Shown: positions 8,189-19,514 of the stretch, in pieces
How the letters are laid out: the number at the start of each line of letters is the position of its first letter
Position numbering within the stretch: position 1 is the first letter of the stretch
NCBI GenBank assembly: GCA_902790415.1
Contig: CADARU010000002.1
Coordinates: forward strand, 62,974 to 126,973
From: an uncultured Pseudomonadota bacterium
GTDB taxonomy: Bacteria; Pseudomonadota; Alphaproteobacteria; Rs-D84
Reading direction: 5' to 3'
DNA length: 64,000 nucleotides
The notes under the pieces: model-generated
What the model saw: only the letters and a program-made list of their open reading frames with translations
The model's database searches: none
Told to the model about the DNA's origin: nothing
Position numbers and translations under genes: made by a program

Positions 8189-9966
8189 GCAAAAATGGCC
8201 TTGGTAACAGTTTTTGGTATAATACCATGTTCCTGATTATATGCCATTTGCTTTTCACGACGGCGCGCGGTTTCATCCAATGCCGCACGCATAGAATCTG
8301 TTATAACATCACCATATAATATCACACGACCATTTGCGTTTCGTGCCGCACGTCCAATCGTTTGAATTAGTGAACGCGTTGAACGTAAAAAACCTTCCTT
8401 GTCGGCATCCATAATTGCGACCAATTCACATTCTGGAACATCCAAACCCTCACGCAACAGATTTATTCCAACCAACACATCGTATTTTCCCATACGTAAA
8501 TCACGCAACAATTCGATACGTTCCAATGTTTCAATATCACTGTGCAAGTAACGCGCACGCACACCGTTTTCAACAAAATAATCGGTTAATTGTTCCGCCA
8601 TTTTTTTTGTTAATGTTGTTACCAATACGCGTCCAGAAATCTTTTTTACTTCGTCCAACAAATCATCAACCTGATTTTTAGTTGGGCGGACAATACACTC
8701 TGGGTCTAACAATCCCGTTGGTCTAATAACCTGTTCAGCGACAATACCCCCGGATTGTTGCATTTCCCAATCCGCCGGTGTGGCCGATACAAAAATTGTT
8801 TGAGGGCGCAACGCGTCCCACTCTTCAAACGTTAATGGCCGGTTATCAACGCATGCCGGCAAACGAAAACCGTATTGTGCCAGTGTTTCTTTACGTGCGC
8901 GGTCGCCACGCGACATTGCCGAAATTTGCGGAACCGTAACATGACTTTCGTCAATAAACAAAACCGCATCTTTTGGTAAATACTCAAACAATGTTGGTGG
9001 TGGTTGACCAGGGGCGCGTCCGGTTAAGTATCGTGAATAGTTTTCGATTCCACGACATGTTCCGGTCGATTCCATCATTTCAATATCCATCCCCACACGT
9101 TCACGCAAACGCTGTTCTTCAATGTATTTCATATTTTCATGAAAATATTTCAACCTGTCATCTAAATCATGACGAATATTTCCAATGGCCTGAATAATAG
9201 ACGGCATGGGCGTTGCATAGTGTGTGTTTGGATAAATAACAATTCTATCCACCTTGGTTAATTTTGCACCGGTCAACGTATCAAACACCCATATTTCTTC
9301 TATTTCATCGCCCCAGAAAGACAATTTCCATGCCCTGTCCTGGCTGTGTGAAGGAAAAATGTCCAACGTATCACCACGCGACCGAAAACACCCACGTTCA
9401 AACGCGACATCATTACGTTTATATTGAATATTTACCAATTCGCGCATTATATCGGCAATACCAATTTTATCACCAACATGTAACGCCAATTTCATCCCAG
9501 AATATTGTTCTGGCGACCCCATACCATAAATTGCGGACACCGAAGACACCACAACCACATCACGTTCTTCCAACATTGCGCGCGTGGCACTGTGCCGCAT
9601 ACGATCCAACTGGTCATTTATGGATGCATCTTTATCTATATATGTATCGGTTGTTGGTAAATATGCCTCTGGTTGATAATAATCATAATAAGAAACAAAA
9701 TATTCCACATGATTATGCGGAAAAAAGGCCTTCATTTCCGTATATAATTGCGCCGCCAAAATCTTATTGGGCGCCATAATCAACGCAGGCCGCCCCAGGC
9801 GCGCAATCACATTTGCCATGGTAAATGTTTTTCCCGACCCCGTTACCCCCAATAATACTTGGGAACGACGACCCGATTCAACCCCCGACACCAAATCATC
9901 TATGGCCGCTGGCTGGTCCCCCATCGGTGCATAATTACTTTCAAGATTAAATATTTTTTTATTCAC
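8173..9966 (-). CDS. uvrB: excinuclease ABC subunit B (body; 3' end frameshifted)
   Basis: [12 protein letters not shown], Walker [13 protein letters not shown] box and helicase C motifs. The likely start is GTG at 9966 ([19 protein letters not shown]). The track start at 10056 overlaps the divergent asmA-like gene. Confidence 0.9.
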   Translation of the reverse strand: MNKKIFNLESNYAPMGDQPAAIDDLVSGVESGRRSQVLLGVTGSGKTFTMANVIARLGRPALIMAPNKILAAQLYTEMKAFFPHNHVEYFVSYYDYYQPEAYLPTTDTYIDKDASINDQLDRMRHSATRAMLEERDVVVVSSVSAIYGMGSPEQYSGMKLALHVGDKIGIADIMRELVNIQYKRNDVAFERGCFRSRGDTLDIFPSHSQDRAWKLSFWGDEIEEIWVFDTLTGAKLTKVDRIVIYPNTHYATPMPSIIQAIGNIRHDLDDRLKYFHENMKYIEEQRLRERVGMDIEMMESTGTCRGIENYSRYLTGRAPGQPPPTLFEYLPKDAVLFIDESHVTVPQISAMSRGDRARKETLAQYGFRLPACVDNRPLTFEEWDALRPQTIFVSATPADWEMQQSGGIVAEQVIRPTGLLDPECIVRPTKNQVDDLLDEVKKISGRVLVTTLTKKMAEQLTDYFVENGVRARYLHSDIETLERIELLRDLRMGKYDVLVGINLLREGLDVPECELVAIMDADKEGFLRSTRSLIQTIGRAARNANGRVILYGDVITDSMRAALDETARRREKQMAYNQEHGIIPKTVTKAIFAKSRI

Positions 9967-10013
9967 AAGGTTAGTATAATCATTTAGAATAAAAATACAA
10001 GGGGACGAGAGAA

Positions 10014-12494
10014 ATGGCATTAAAACCACGTTATAAACGCAGAATATTTTGGTCAATTATTGCAATTTTTGGCATCATTGTTGCGCTGTTGTTATTGTTG
10101 CCAACAATGATAAACTTGAATTCCATGCGTGGCCGTTTTGAATCAGCAATACAGAAGCAAACCGGAATATCCGCACGTGTCAATGGCGACATAAATTTTG
10201 GAATATTGGGGCGCACAACCCTGATTGCGCGAAATATAACCTTTGCAAACGGGACAATCAAAGAACTAAGTGTTACAATACCATTTTGGGGCCTGTTTAA
10301 TTTAGAAAACGCCCCCATTGACGGCGACATAAATTTATACGGTGCGAAAATCGCAATATCTTCGTTGGTTGGCGATACGGGAAAATATAATGTATCGGTG
10401 CATGATTCTGTTATACAATTTATGGGCAAAGATTATGAAATCATAGACGGCGTGTTTAACGATGGTACGTTTAATGGTCTGGTTCGAACAAATCAACATA
10501 AATACGAAATTAAATTTCAAGGCGACCAATTCACCATCCAAAACAAAAATGTAAAATTGAATATTAACGGTGAAATATACCAAAATGGTACCGCCACCGG
10601 AACGTTATCCATAGACACCGACAAAATAAATTCTTGGTTTGAATTTTCACAACCCCGCATAACGCGTCGTGTTAAATTAACCACTGATTTTTGGTGGGAC
10701 GGCGAATACGGATTTAGATTTTCTGATATAAACGCCGATAATATTCATGGTGAAATTACATTGGCGACAAACGGTGATAAAAACATAAATTTATATTCGG
10801 ATAATACGTCTTTTGATTTTTCCTTTTTGGCACACCCAATACAGGTATTAAACGCAACCAGATTAAACCTGGATTTTTCTGGTGATTTAACCTTTGAAGA
10901 CAAGAAATTCAATCATGTAAAAATTGATGTTAACGGCACAGATAACGCAATTAACATAAATCAAATTATCGCCGACAACACATCAATAACCGGCGGTAGA
11001 ATTGACCAAGATGGTGCGCACAACATCATGATAAAAACCATATTAGATGATACAGAAACAACATGTATGTTTTCTGGGAACCCAAAGGCGTGGGATTGCG
11101 CGAAATTCACATTTGGTGATTTTTCTGGCACGATAAAAAAATCTGAGCGCGGAATATTTTACATCAACATTGAATCTGGGCGAAACGTAACACAAAACGA
11201 ATTGCATAATATGTTGGAAAAACACAATATACGAAATGCGGTTATAAAATTTAAATTCGCAAACATTGGTGGCAAATACACAATAACCCCTAAAAAAACA
11301 TCTGCCGAATACGATTATGTATATGGCAAGAATTTGCATTGGCTAAACCCAAATTTAAAATTCTTACCAAAATTTATGCAACATGAATCGGGCAATATGG
11401 TCTGGACCCAAGACACCATGACATTTATCCCCACATCAAATACATGGTCAATTACAATTCATAATAATTTCTTTTTCTTGACCGGAAACAGTATTCAAAA
11501 GTGGTTTTCAAAAATGGATTGGCGACCAATGAACGATTTTGAATACACTATATCCGGGTATTATAACGAACGTGGCGATATATCTGATTTAACAATCAAA
11601 ATGGCCGACCATGTTTTCACAGGCGCCGCATCAAATGATAACATAACCCTGCACACAGACACATTTATATTAGACACGTTTTTAAATCAAGAATACATTG
11701 ACCGATACGAAGAAATGGAATTTTTAACAAATGCCCCATTGTTATCGCTGTTTGATTTAGATAAAAATATTTACCTGTCGGCGAACACGTTAATCAACAA
11801 TGGCAACGAATATAAAAACTTTACATACGCGTTAAAACCAAACGTTCAAAATATTTCTATTACCGATAAATCACGCGGCAATTTATTGGCCACAATTATC
11901 AAAGAACATTCAAATTATGACATATTTATCCAATTAAATAAATTTGTGATAAATGGACGATTGTTAACACGTGATTTTCCGTTGAACATTACCGACACAT
12001 CCATAACCGCCGAAATAGATTTAACCACAAACGGTCATATTGCGCACGATATATGGTACAATATGCGTGGTACATTGGATTTAACTTTTGAAGGTGGATA
12101 CCTTAATGGAATTGGATTGGACGGATTTTATGCATCATATAATGATTTAACACGCCTAAATGCCGAAGATACCCTGGCACGTGCATTAAGTGATGGGGAA
12201 ACAAAATTGAAATCTATGCGTGTTATTGGAAATTATGAAAACGGTAATTTTGTTACAAGCGAACCAATGAAAATATCGGTCAGATTTGTAGATATGTTGG
12301 GTGGATTAAAAATCCAAGATAACGCGATGACGGTAAAACTTGAAATGATGATGCGTGGTACATCGCCCGAACCCGTACCTGTATCATTAAAGATTGCGCC
12401 CAACGGTGGCCGCGCATATTCGCTTTCCGATATAATGAAGAATCTTGACCCGGCATATATGCGCGCATTTATAAACACGCACGACAAGTTTTAA
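10014..12494 (+). CDS. AsmA-family outer-membrane biogenesis protein
   Basis: 826 aa. N-terminal TM anchor followed by the typical AsmA start ([31 protein letters not shown]). The rest is long and beta-rich, with a C-terminal [17 protein letters not shown] motif. Confidence 0.6.
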   Translation: MALKPRYKRRIFWSIIAIFGIIVALLLLLPTMINLNSMRGRFESAIQKQTGISARVNGDINFGILGRTTLIARNITFANGTIKELSVTIPFWGLFNLENAPIDGDINLYGAKIAISSLVGDTGKYNVSVHDSVIQFMGKDYEIIDGVFNDGTFNGLVRTNQHKYEIKFQGDQFTIQNKNVKLNINGEIYQNGTATGTLSIDTDKINSWFEFSQPRITRRVKLTTDFWWDGEYGFRFSDINADNIHGEITLATNGDKNINLYSDNTSFDFSFLAHPIQVLNATRLNLDFSGDLTFEDKKFNHVKIDVNGTDNAININQIIADNTSITGGRIDQDGAHNIMIKTILDDTETTCMFSGNPKAWDCAKFTFGDFSGTIKKSERGIFYINIESGRNVTQNELHNMLEKHNIRNAVIKFKFANIGGKYTITPKKTSAEYDYVYGKNLHWLNPNLKFLPKFMQHESGNMVWTQDTMTFIPTSNTWSITIHNNFFFLTGNSIQKWFSKMDWRPMNDFEYTISGYYNERGDISDLTIKMADHVFTGAASNDNITLHTDTFILDTFLNQEYIDRYEEMEFLTNAPLLSLFDLDKNIYLSANTLINNGNEYKNFTYALKPNVQNISITDKSRGNLLATIIKEHSNYDIFIQLNKFVINGRLLTRDFPLNITDTSITAEIDLTTNGHIAHDIWYNMRGTLDLTFEGGYLNGIGLDGFYASYNDLTRLNAEDTLARALSDGETKLKSMRVIGNYENGNFVTSEPMKISVRFVDMLGGLKIQDNAMTVKLEMMMRGTSPEPVPVSLKIAPNGGRAYSLSDIMKNLDPAYMRAFINTHDKF

Positions 12495-12519
12495 AAACGC
12501 CCGCACATATATGCGGGCG
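12493..12519 (-). terminator. intrinsic terminator downstream of aspS
   Basis: Hairpin CGCCCGCA-CATATA-TGCGGGCG (12498-12519) followed on the minus strand by a T run. It sits between the convergent asmA-like and aspS genes. Confidence 0.7.
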
Positions 12520-12547
12520 ATACTAACACTAACCACTTACACTAACC

Positions 12548-14347
12548 CTAGTTCTTTTTACGAACCTGGATATGAACATCGCGCAGTTGTTGTTCGGTAA
12601 CCTCGTTCGGAGAACCCATCAACAAATCTTGGCCACGTTGATTTGCCGGGAACGCAACCGTTTCACGAACACTGTCGCCATCCCCCAGAATTTCAGAAAC
12701 CAATCTATCTATACCAAATGCGCATCCGCCATGTGGTGGCGCACCATATTTAAACGCGGTGTACAATGCACTAAAATTCTTTTCAACCGCATCCAATGGA
12801 TAGCCCGCGATTTCAAAGCATTTTTTCATAACATCTGGGTTATAATTACGCAAACCACCACTGCATATTTCCAAACCATTTACAACCATATCGAATTGTG
12901 CGGCCTTGATAGAAAATGGGTCGCGCGAATCTAATTCTGCCAAAGTTGCCATTGGGTATGAAAATGGATTGTGTGTGAATTTTGGCGCACCGGCGCGTTC
13001 TTCATCAGGTTCAAAGAACGGAAATTCATCAACCCAACAGAACGCAAAATCGCGTGGGTTTATCAAACCTAAATCCGCCCCCAATTTGTTACGCAGTTTT
13101 CCTGCGGCCTTAGCGGCATTATCAACATTGTCGCATACAAAGAACAACGATGCGTTATCGCCCGCAATTTCATGCAATTTTGCAATCCGTTCCGCATCCA
13201 GTTTTTTTGCAACAGGCCCCTTGGGTTCATCGGCAAAAACGATATACCCCAAGCCCCCCAGGCCTAATTCTTTGACGGCGTATTCGCCCAATTTATCAAA
13301 CCAAGAACGTGGTTTATCGGCGCTGTTTGGTGCCGGAATCGCACGCACAACCGCGCCATTTTCGATTGCGTTTGCAAATATACCAAATTCAGAACCGCGA
13401 AAAACATCTGTTACATCGCTAATCAAAATTGGGTTACGCAAATCAGGTTTATCAGAACCGTATTTCAACATCGCATCATCAAACGATATATGCGGAATTT
13501 CCGGATACACATTTGCATCAGGCGCAAAAGTACGCACCAATTCCGGTATAACTATTTCACCAACGGCCTGAATTTCCGGCAAATCGACAAAGGACATTTC
13601 CAAATCCAACTGATAGAATTCCAACAATCTGTCGGCGCGCAAATCTTCATCGCGAAAACAAGGCGCGATTTGGAAATAACGGTCAAACCCAGAAATCTGT
13701 AATAATTGCTTAAACATCTGGGGTGCCTGGGGCAACGCATAGAATTTTCCATGATGCAAACGTGACGGCACCAAGAAACTGCGTGCGCCTTCGGGGGAAT
13801 CCGCCGTTAACAACGGTGTTTGGAATTCCGAGAAACCCAAATCCCACATTTTATCACGCAACCACTTAATCATTTTATTGCGCATTAAAATACTGTTGTG
13901 CAATTTTTCGCGCCGCAAATCCAAGAAACGATATTTATAGCGCAATTCTTCACTGGTATCTTCATCGCCAAAAACCTGGAACGGCAAAACCTCGGAATTT
14001 GTTAAAACATCCCACTTTTCAACTTGAATTTCAACTTCACCGGTTGGGATTTTGCTGTTAACCTGGGACGGGTCACGCGCAACAACCTTGCCGGTTATTT
14101 GCAACACAGATTCCGGACGCACGCGTTCCAAATCTTCATTACCACCATCCAAGACAATCTGGGTTATTCCATAATTATCGCGCAGGTCAATAAACAACAA
14201 CGAACCATGGTCGCGTTTACGATGCACCCATCCGGACAAGGTTACCGTTTCACCGACATTTTTAGATGTCAATTCGCCACATGTATGTGTTCTGTATTTA
14301 GATTTCAAAGATAACATTTTGGTCCCTTTTTTATTTCTGGGTGCCAT
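12548..14347 (-). CDS. aspS: aspartate--tRNA ligase
   Basis: Class II aaRS motifs (FRDEDLRADR, GGLRNY..., GIDRL) and an N-terminal OB fold (GWVHRKRDHGSLLFIDLRD). The more likely start is the ATG at 14317 (MLSLKSKYRTH) with AAGGGA Shine-Dalgarno. Confidence 0.93.
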   Translation of the reverse strand: MAPRNKKGTKMLSLKSKYRTHTCGELTSKNVGETVTLSGWVHRKRDHGSLLFIDLRDNYGITQIVLDGGNEDLERVRPESVLQITGKVVARDPSQVNSKIPTGEVEIQVEKWDVLTNSEVLPFQVFGDEDTSEELRYKYRFLDLRREKLHNSILMRNKMIKWLRDKMWDLGFSEFQTPLLTADSPEGARSFLVPSRLHHGKFYALPQAPQMFKQLLQISGFDRYFQIAPCFRDEDLRADRLLEFYQLDLEMSFVDLPEIQAVGEIVIPELVRTFAPDANVYPEIPHISFDDAMLKYGSDKPDLRNPILISDVTDVFRGSEFGIFANAIENGAVVRAIPAPNSADKPRSWFDKLGEYAVKELGLGGLGYIVFADEPKGPVAKKLDAERIAKLHEIAGDNASLFFVCDNVDNAAKAAGKLRNKLGADLGLINPRDFAFCWVDEFPFFEPDEERAGAPKFTHNPFSYPMATLAELDSRDPFSIKAAQFDMVVNGLEICSGGLRNYNPDVMKKCFEIAGYPLDAVEKNFSALYTAFKYGAPPHGGCAFGIDRLVSEILGDGDSVRETVAFPANQRGQDLLMGSPNEVTEQQLRDVHIQVRKKN

Positions 14348-14591
14348 AAACTAATAGATTTTGGCACCACATATTTCAACTTGATTTCGGGGCGCAAATT
14401 TTCATGCGCGGTGCCACCCGAATTTATCACTTGGTTGGGTTTTGTTGCCTGCTCCGCGGGTGTCGGCCGCATCATCACATGCAAAAAAACATTAAACTGA
14501 CAGAATAGTAACCAAAAAAAAATCGTTTTGCAAGTAATATAAAAAATAACAAAAAACATAATGATGATACAGTAATTTCGGAATAAACAAA

Positions 14592-15533
14592 CTACCGGCA
14601 CCAACTGTTTTTACCATTACCCTTGCCATAGAGTATGTCAGCCGTTTTTGATTCAATAACTTTGATAAATTTCGGCAATGCAATCTGGGCCAAATTGGTA
14701 TTAAATTTATTATCTATCTTACTTGCCAAAATATTACGTTTTTTTGCCAAACGATTTCCGTTTACAAAAAAATCAACCTCTGGTCGCGCCAAATATTGTG
14801 CATTAAAATCCGCCATTTCTGGGCGATAATCACTAACATGGCCGTACTTTATTAAATCCTGAATACGATTTTCAAACAATGAATTTGCATCAACAGGCAT
14901 ACTGTATTTTGCCAAATCGCGTAAAATTTCCAATCCTAATTCATGCCCACCATAGTTACGCAATGCGCATTTTGCAAAATCAACAAATTCATCTTCATTG
15001 TGCCCCAAATAGCATCCATTTTTATCGTATGCCGAACCATTATTTTCACGTAAAAAACGTGCCACATATTTTTGATAACATAAAAATATTTCTTGGGGCT
15101 TTTTAAATTCACGCAAAAATGATTTAAAAAATTTCAAATCAAAAATATCATCGCGCCGAATTACATCGTTATACAGTTCACGACGTGTTTTTATTCCCTG
15201 GACAATTTGCGCCAAAACGTCTTGCGCACTGCCTACGCGAACAGGTTTATATGATTCATAGCGTGATTCTGTAAAAACAAAAGTATCAAAATTTTCCGCC
15301 TTGATTGCGGCCAAAGTCCCGTTTTTCTTTAATTGTTCACGAATAAAAACCTTGTACGAATCTTCTAGTTCTGGTCCGTTGGCCAATGCCATCAACGCCA
15401 AATCCAAGAACAGCATTTTTCTTTCATACACATCAGGTCTGCGCAAATGCCAAATCATATCAGGGTTTAAAATTTCTTTGGAATCTTGTTTTGGTAAATT
15501 AACAATCTTTTTACTTACAGCCAACACACCCAC
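14592..15533 (-). CDS. hypothetical protein (313 aa)
   Basis: Long intact ORF with no recognisable motifs. The start codon is uncertain (GTG/TTG cluster). Confidence 0.45.
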   Translation of the reverse strand: MGVLAVSKKIVNLPKQDSKEILNPDMIWHLRRPDVYERKMLFLDLALMALANGPELEDSYKVFIREQLKKNGTLAAIKAENFDTFVFTESRYESYKPVRVGSAQDVLAQIVQGIKTRRELYNDVIRRDDIFDLKFFKSFLREFKKPQEIFLCYQKYVARFLRENNGSAYDKNGCYLGHNEDEFVDFAKCALRNYGGHELGLEILRDLAKYSMPVDANSLFENRIQDLIKYGHVSDYRPEMADFNAQYLARPEVDFFVNGNRLAKKRNILASKIDNKFNTNLAQIALPKFIKVIESKTADILYGKGNGKNSWCR

Positions 15534-15568
15534 CTTTCACAACACCATAAAAACAAGTGATTAAATCG

Positions 15569-15642
15569 TGGTGCCCTAAGCAAGAATCGGACTTGCGACT
15601 CGTCCTTACCAAGGACGTGTTTTACCACTAGACTATTAGGGC
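15569..15642 (-). tRNA. tRNA-Thr (anticodon GGT)
   Basis: RC reads GCCCTAA-TA-GTCT..AAAC-A-CGTCC-TTGGTAA-GGACG-AGTC-GCAAG-TCCGATT-CTTGC-TTAGGGC-A-CCA. Acceptor, anticodon and T stems are perfect; there is one D-stem mismatch. Confidence 0.9.
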
Positions 15643-15700
15643 GATACATAAATACTTGGGTGATTATACGGAACCCCACAAAAAAATCAAGGGTTTTATT

Positions 15701-15736
15701 AAAAAACTGGGGATTTTTTATCCCCAGTTGTTTTTT
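15701..15736. terminator. bidirectional intrinsic terminator (3' of the adhesin gene)
   Basis: AACTGGGGA-TTTTTTA-TCCCCAGTT flanked by an A run and a T run. Confidence 0.75.
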
Positions 15737-15739
15737 ACC

Positions 15740-18193
15740 CTATATTCCAAAAGTCAAACCTGCACGGAATGCCCAATCACGTGTGCCACCATAAGATGCA
15801 CCCGCATTGAACAATACGTGATCATTAAAGTAGTGGAATCCACCAACCGCAACACCTACACGGTCTGCATAAACACCCGTACCCACAGACAACTGTGTAT
15901 CGCCACAATCACGTGCATTTGGTACCAATGCGCTTAACGCGGATACCGCCGCCAAACCACTCTTTAAATTGTGATTAACTTTTTCCAAACGGTTTTCGAC
16001 ACGTTCAATGTTGCTGTCCAACGTTTTAACCGCTTCTGTCAAGTTTGTAACACCTGCCAGATATTGCGTTCCATCAAAATCCATTGTACCGATTAAGTTA
16101 CCGGTTGTTTCCATCGCGGATGCGACATTTCCGGACGTACCCGACATCGCCGCATTTATTTCTGCGTTTGCAGATGAAATATTCCGGTTACCAATCGCAT
16201 CATCTAACGCAACCAAATGCTGTTCAACGGTCGTACCATTTGCCAAATTTGAATTTGCCTTTAAATGAGAATTACCATTCTTTAATCCATGGATTTGCCC
16301 CAACGTTGCATCAATATTATTCAACGCAGTTACAACATCCGCAGCAGCAGTACCAGTTCCATTGGTCAACGCATTACCTGTTGACCCGGTTCCCGCCGCC
16401 AAAGTTGCTATATCGCCAATTGTTTCATTGATAGCATTGATGTTTTGTTTAACGGTTTGTGCCCCAGCAACACCATTGTACGTTTGAACATAATCTGCAT
16501 CCGCACCGATTTCTGCATCTAACGCATTAACCGCCGCGGTCAAATTACTTGCGCCACTGGCATTTGTTCCACTAAACGTTGTATTACCAATAGCAGCATC
16601 CAGCGCATTCAAGTTCGCAACAATCGTTCCTGTTGTGGTTAAATGGTTATTACCTGTATTTAATGTTCCACGATTACCAATTGCAGAATCCAAAGATGCA
16701 ATAGCACTGTTTAATGTTCCATTGGTTGTATTTGTCGCAGATGCCCCCGCGGTGTACGTTGCATTTTCTGCAGACTTTAACACAGTCGCAGTTGTTGCGA
16801 TTGTTGTACCATTACCAGACGAGATTTTACTTGTTCCCTTGTCAATCGCATTAACCGTATTTCCACCAAGTTTTACCGATGCTAACGTTGCGGCACCGCT
16901 TTCATTGATACCTTTTCCTGTTGTTCCAATTTCCAATGAATTAACTGTTGCGGAACCATCCGCCACCACATTACCTGATGCATCAACGGTAAATTCTGTG
17001 CCATTTGCGCCGGCACCAAAAGCGCCTTTGACCAAGACATCATCTTCAAATGTATTTTTACCGGTAAATGTATTATCTGTATCTAACCCGGCCTTGGTAT
17101 TAATCGCATCTTTATTTTCAACAATCGCACCCAACAAATCTGTTGCGGTAAAGCCGGCCGAACTTAATTCTGTGGCGGCATCTGTTATGGTTGTGTCATA
17201 GCCCAATTCTTGGCCAATCCATTTTTCTTTATCATTCAGTAAATCTTCAACCAAACCGGCGGTTGTTGCAACCGTTGCAACCGAAGAACCGTTTGCTGTT
17301 ACATATCCCAACACATCACTTAATGTATGCGATACATCCGCAGAATAATCCGGCCCAACATTGGCGGTTGTCAAAACATCATTGCCACCAACTTTTAGAG
17401 ATTCTGCGGTGGTAGTTCCCGTCAAAGCGGTATCGATTAACGCATCATTTTGTAATGCGCTGTTCGCCTTGCCCAAAGATTCTTGAACACCTGATGCCAG
17501 CATATTCAATGTAACATCACCGTCTGTTAATACATCTTGTTTGGTTGCAAGTGCATTATTTATATCGGTATTAACATCATTAAGTTTCAACGCAAACAGT
17601 CCGAATGTTTGGCCAACCGTTGCGACATCATATGCATTGGCCCCCGCCCATGTTTCAATATCATCGGCATCGGTCGGCAATGCGGCCGTAACAATATTGG
17701 CCGCCGCCGCCGTTCCCATTGCATCTACCTTGGCTTTATCGGCCGCGCTATAATCATTTGTTGACAAACCTTTGCCTGCTTCTTTTGCAACAAACATAGA
17801 ATCCGCTTGTGTTTTTGTATAGTAGTCAGTGGCATTTTCGTTTGCCATGGTCCCCAGGCCATCAATCGCATCTTTATTTTCAACAATCGCGCCCAACAAA
17901 TCTGTTGCGGTAAAACCGGCCGCGCTTAATTCTGTGGCGGCATCTGTTACGGTTGTGTCATACCCCAATTCTTGACCAATCCATGCCTCGGCATCGTCCC
18001 ACTTTGTGGTCATCACTGCTTCTATTGCCTGATATGTTGGCAACACATTGGCATTAGAACCGGTTTCTGTCGTACCATTTGTTAAAACAGTAAAATCTGT
18101 ACCACCAACACTGGTTATCGTATCCGCTATGGCATGCGAACTGGTTACAGCACAAATTGCAATAATCGAACTTAATAATAATGCATTTTTCAT
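15740..18193 (-). CDS. trimeric autotransporter adhesin (YadA-like)
   Basis: Signal peptide (..VTSSHA/IAD). Long Ala/Thr/Asn/Gly-rich passenger with repeats. The C-terminus LSALVPNA....QLSVGTGVYADRVGVAVGGFHYFNDHVLFNAGASYGG...WAFRAGLTFGI matches the YadA membrane-anchor pattern. Confidence 0.8.
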   Translation of the reverse strand: MKNALLLSSIIAICAVTSSHAIADTITSVGGTDFTVLTNGTTETGSNANVLPTYQAIEAVMTTKWDDAEAWIGQELGYDTTVTDAATELSAAGFTATDLLGAIVENKDAIDGLGTMANENATDYYTKTQADSMFVAKEAGKGLSTNDYSAADKAKVDAMGTAAAANIVTAALPTDADDIETWAGANAYDVATVGQTFGLFALKLNDVNTDINNALATKQDVLTDGDVTLNMLASGVQESLGKANSALQNDALIDTALTGTTTAESLKVGGNDVLTTANVGPDYSADVSHTLSDVLGYVTANGSSVATVATTAGLVEDLLNDKEKWIGQELGYDTTITDAATELSSAGFTATDLLGAIVENKDAINTKAGLDTDNTFTGKNTFEDDVLVKGAFGAGANGTEFTVDASGNVVADGSATVNSLEIGTTGKGINESGAATLASVKLGGNTVNAIDKGTSKISSGNGTTIATTATVLKSAENATYTAGASATNTTNGTLNSAIASLDSAIGNRGTLNTGNNHLTTTGTIVANLNALDAAIGNTTFSGTNASGASNLTAAVNALDAEIGADADYVQTYNGVAGAQTVKQNINAINETIGDIATLAAGTGSTGNALTNGTGTAAADVVTALNNIDATLGQIHGLKNGNSHLKANSNLANGTTVEQHLVALDDAIGNRNISSANAEINAAMSGTSGNVASAMETTGNLIGTMDFDGTQYLAGVTNLTEAVKTLDSNIERVENRLEKVNHNLKSGLAAVSALSALVPNARDCGDTQLSVGTGVYADRVGVAVGGFHYFNDHVLFNAGASYGGTRDWAFRAGLTFGI

Positions 18194-18543
18194 TATTTTT
18201 TACCTTTTGATTTTGGTTGTTCTTGTATTTGTGGACGACAAATCGCAATAGCATTTGAGATATTGCGCGCAGAAATTTCGTCTGTATATTCCAAAATATT
18301 TGTTGTTGGACGTGTCTTTACAGATTTTATAAAATGATAAAAAGCACGAACCTGTTCATCATTCAGACGGTTATCAACAACATTTGAAAAACATTTACAA
18401 TCCATACCCGCACCACACCCGTTTTTTATAACCGAACGCATATGACACACAGATGTAAAATAAAACATCAAACCGATTACCAATACAAGTGCGCCACAGG
18501 CACCAATAATCAAAGATACGCGCTTATTTTTATTTATTTTCAT
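18193..18543 (-). CDS. small Cys-rich membrane protein, translationally coupled to the adhesin gene
   Basis: ATG at 18543 with a strong AAGGGGG Shine-Dalgarno. One TM helix. Several Cys (CHMRSVIKNGCGAGMDCKC). The TAA stop overlaps the adhesin ATG (TAATG). Confidence 0.5.
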   Translation of the reverse strand: MKINKNKRVSLIIGACGALVLVIGLMFYFTSVCHMRSVIKNGCGAGMDCKCFSNVVDNRLNDEQVRAFYHFIKSVKTRPTTNILEYTDEISARNISNAIAICRPQIQEQPKSKGKK

Positions 18544-18677
18544 TATAACCCCCTTTGTGTTTAATCGTAACAAATACGCCAAACAATAAAAACAAAATAC
18601 CTACAATGGTTAAGATAGAACACAGCGATGGTTTAAAGCAAGAAAAAAAATATTTACACAACAAAAGCACCTATTAT

Positions 18678-19358
18678 TCATAGGTGTTTTTTTAATTTCT
18701 TTAACTCTATTTTATTATCTTTTGGTATTCTATAAGATTCTATTGCTTTTTGAATTGCGCGATTATGTGTCCATGTATCTAACATTTGCTTTTTAAACAC
18801 CGGCAAAACACGGTCATAATGTTTTGCGGCCGCGGTTGCAAAATACCATGCACGCATCATATTTACATAGTAATTATCTGATTTGATTTTCAAAACCATA
18901 TACATGTACATTTCATCAAAATTGTCATCTAGAAAATATCGCATCAGACACAAAATCGCAAAGCGCACCGTATAGACGTGATTTGATGCAATCCATTTTT
19001 TTATATATCGTATTAAGACATTGGGCTTTTTTGCCAAAACACGTGGCGACATTTGATCGCATGTTGCCCAATTATCAACATAAGGCAAAAAAACGTCTAA
19101 TTCCGCCACTGTTTTATCAAAATCTTGGAATTGTGATAAAACAAAGGCGTGTAATTGGTTTTCTTCAAATGTGTCGTGCGGTAAATCAGACAAAAAAGTC
19201 GGATTTTTATCCATAATTTCACGCGCCATCGCACGCAAGATTGGGGTCCGAACACCTATGATTTTTGATTTATCAACCGTTGGAATCAGTCGCGATTGAA
19301 AATCACGATATTTTTCATCACTGACCGCATGTAAAGATTGTAATATTGTTTTTGACAT
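18678..19358 (-). CDS. DNA alkylation repair protein (AlkD/YhaZ-like HEAT-repeat family)
   Basis: 226 aa. The N-terminal pattern (..KYRDFQSRLIPT..KIIGVRTPILRAMAREI) and WATCDQ motif are typical of the DNA_alkylation family. Confidence 0.6.
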   Translation of the reverse strand: MSKTILQSLHAVSDEKYRDFQSRLIPTVDKSKIIGVRTPILRAMAREIMDKNPTFLSDLPHDTFEENQLHAFVLSQFQDFDKTVAELDVFLPYVDNWATCDQMSPRVLAKKPNVLIRYIKKWIASNHVYTVRFAILCLMRYFLDDNFDEMYMYMVLKIKSDNYYVNMMRAWYFATAAAKHYDRVLPVFKKQMLDTWTHNRAIQKAIESYRIPKDNKIELKKLKKHL

Positions 19359-19514
19359 TCAATAACTTTTATTTAAATTTTAATAACACAATTTATACAA
19401 CGCAACTATTTTCGTTCCCAAATACAACATGTAAAAACCGGAATTATATCTTGATTTTCTTGGTTTTTTGTGCAATAAAGGCAACAAGAAAAATATTAAC
19501 AAGGATGAAACGAT

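Noticed and set aside
12906-13571. 221-aa plus-strand ORF inside aspS, and similar long antisense ORFs (16635..17201 inside the adhesin gene, 9264..9779 inside uvrB, 31179..31637 opposite the Lys-rich gene, 39826..40209, 45222..45608).
   Set aside because: These are shadow ORFs antisense to, or overlapping, well-supported genes. Their composition is low-complexity or biased, they have no motifs, and they have no ribosome-binding sites.
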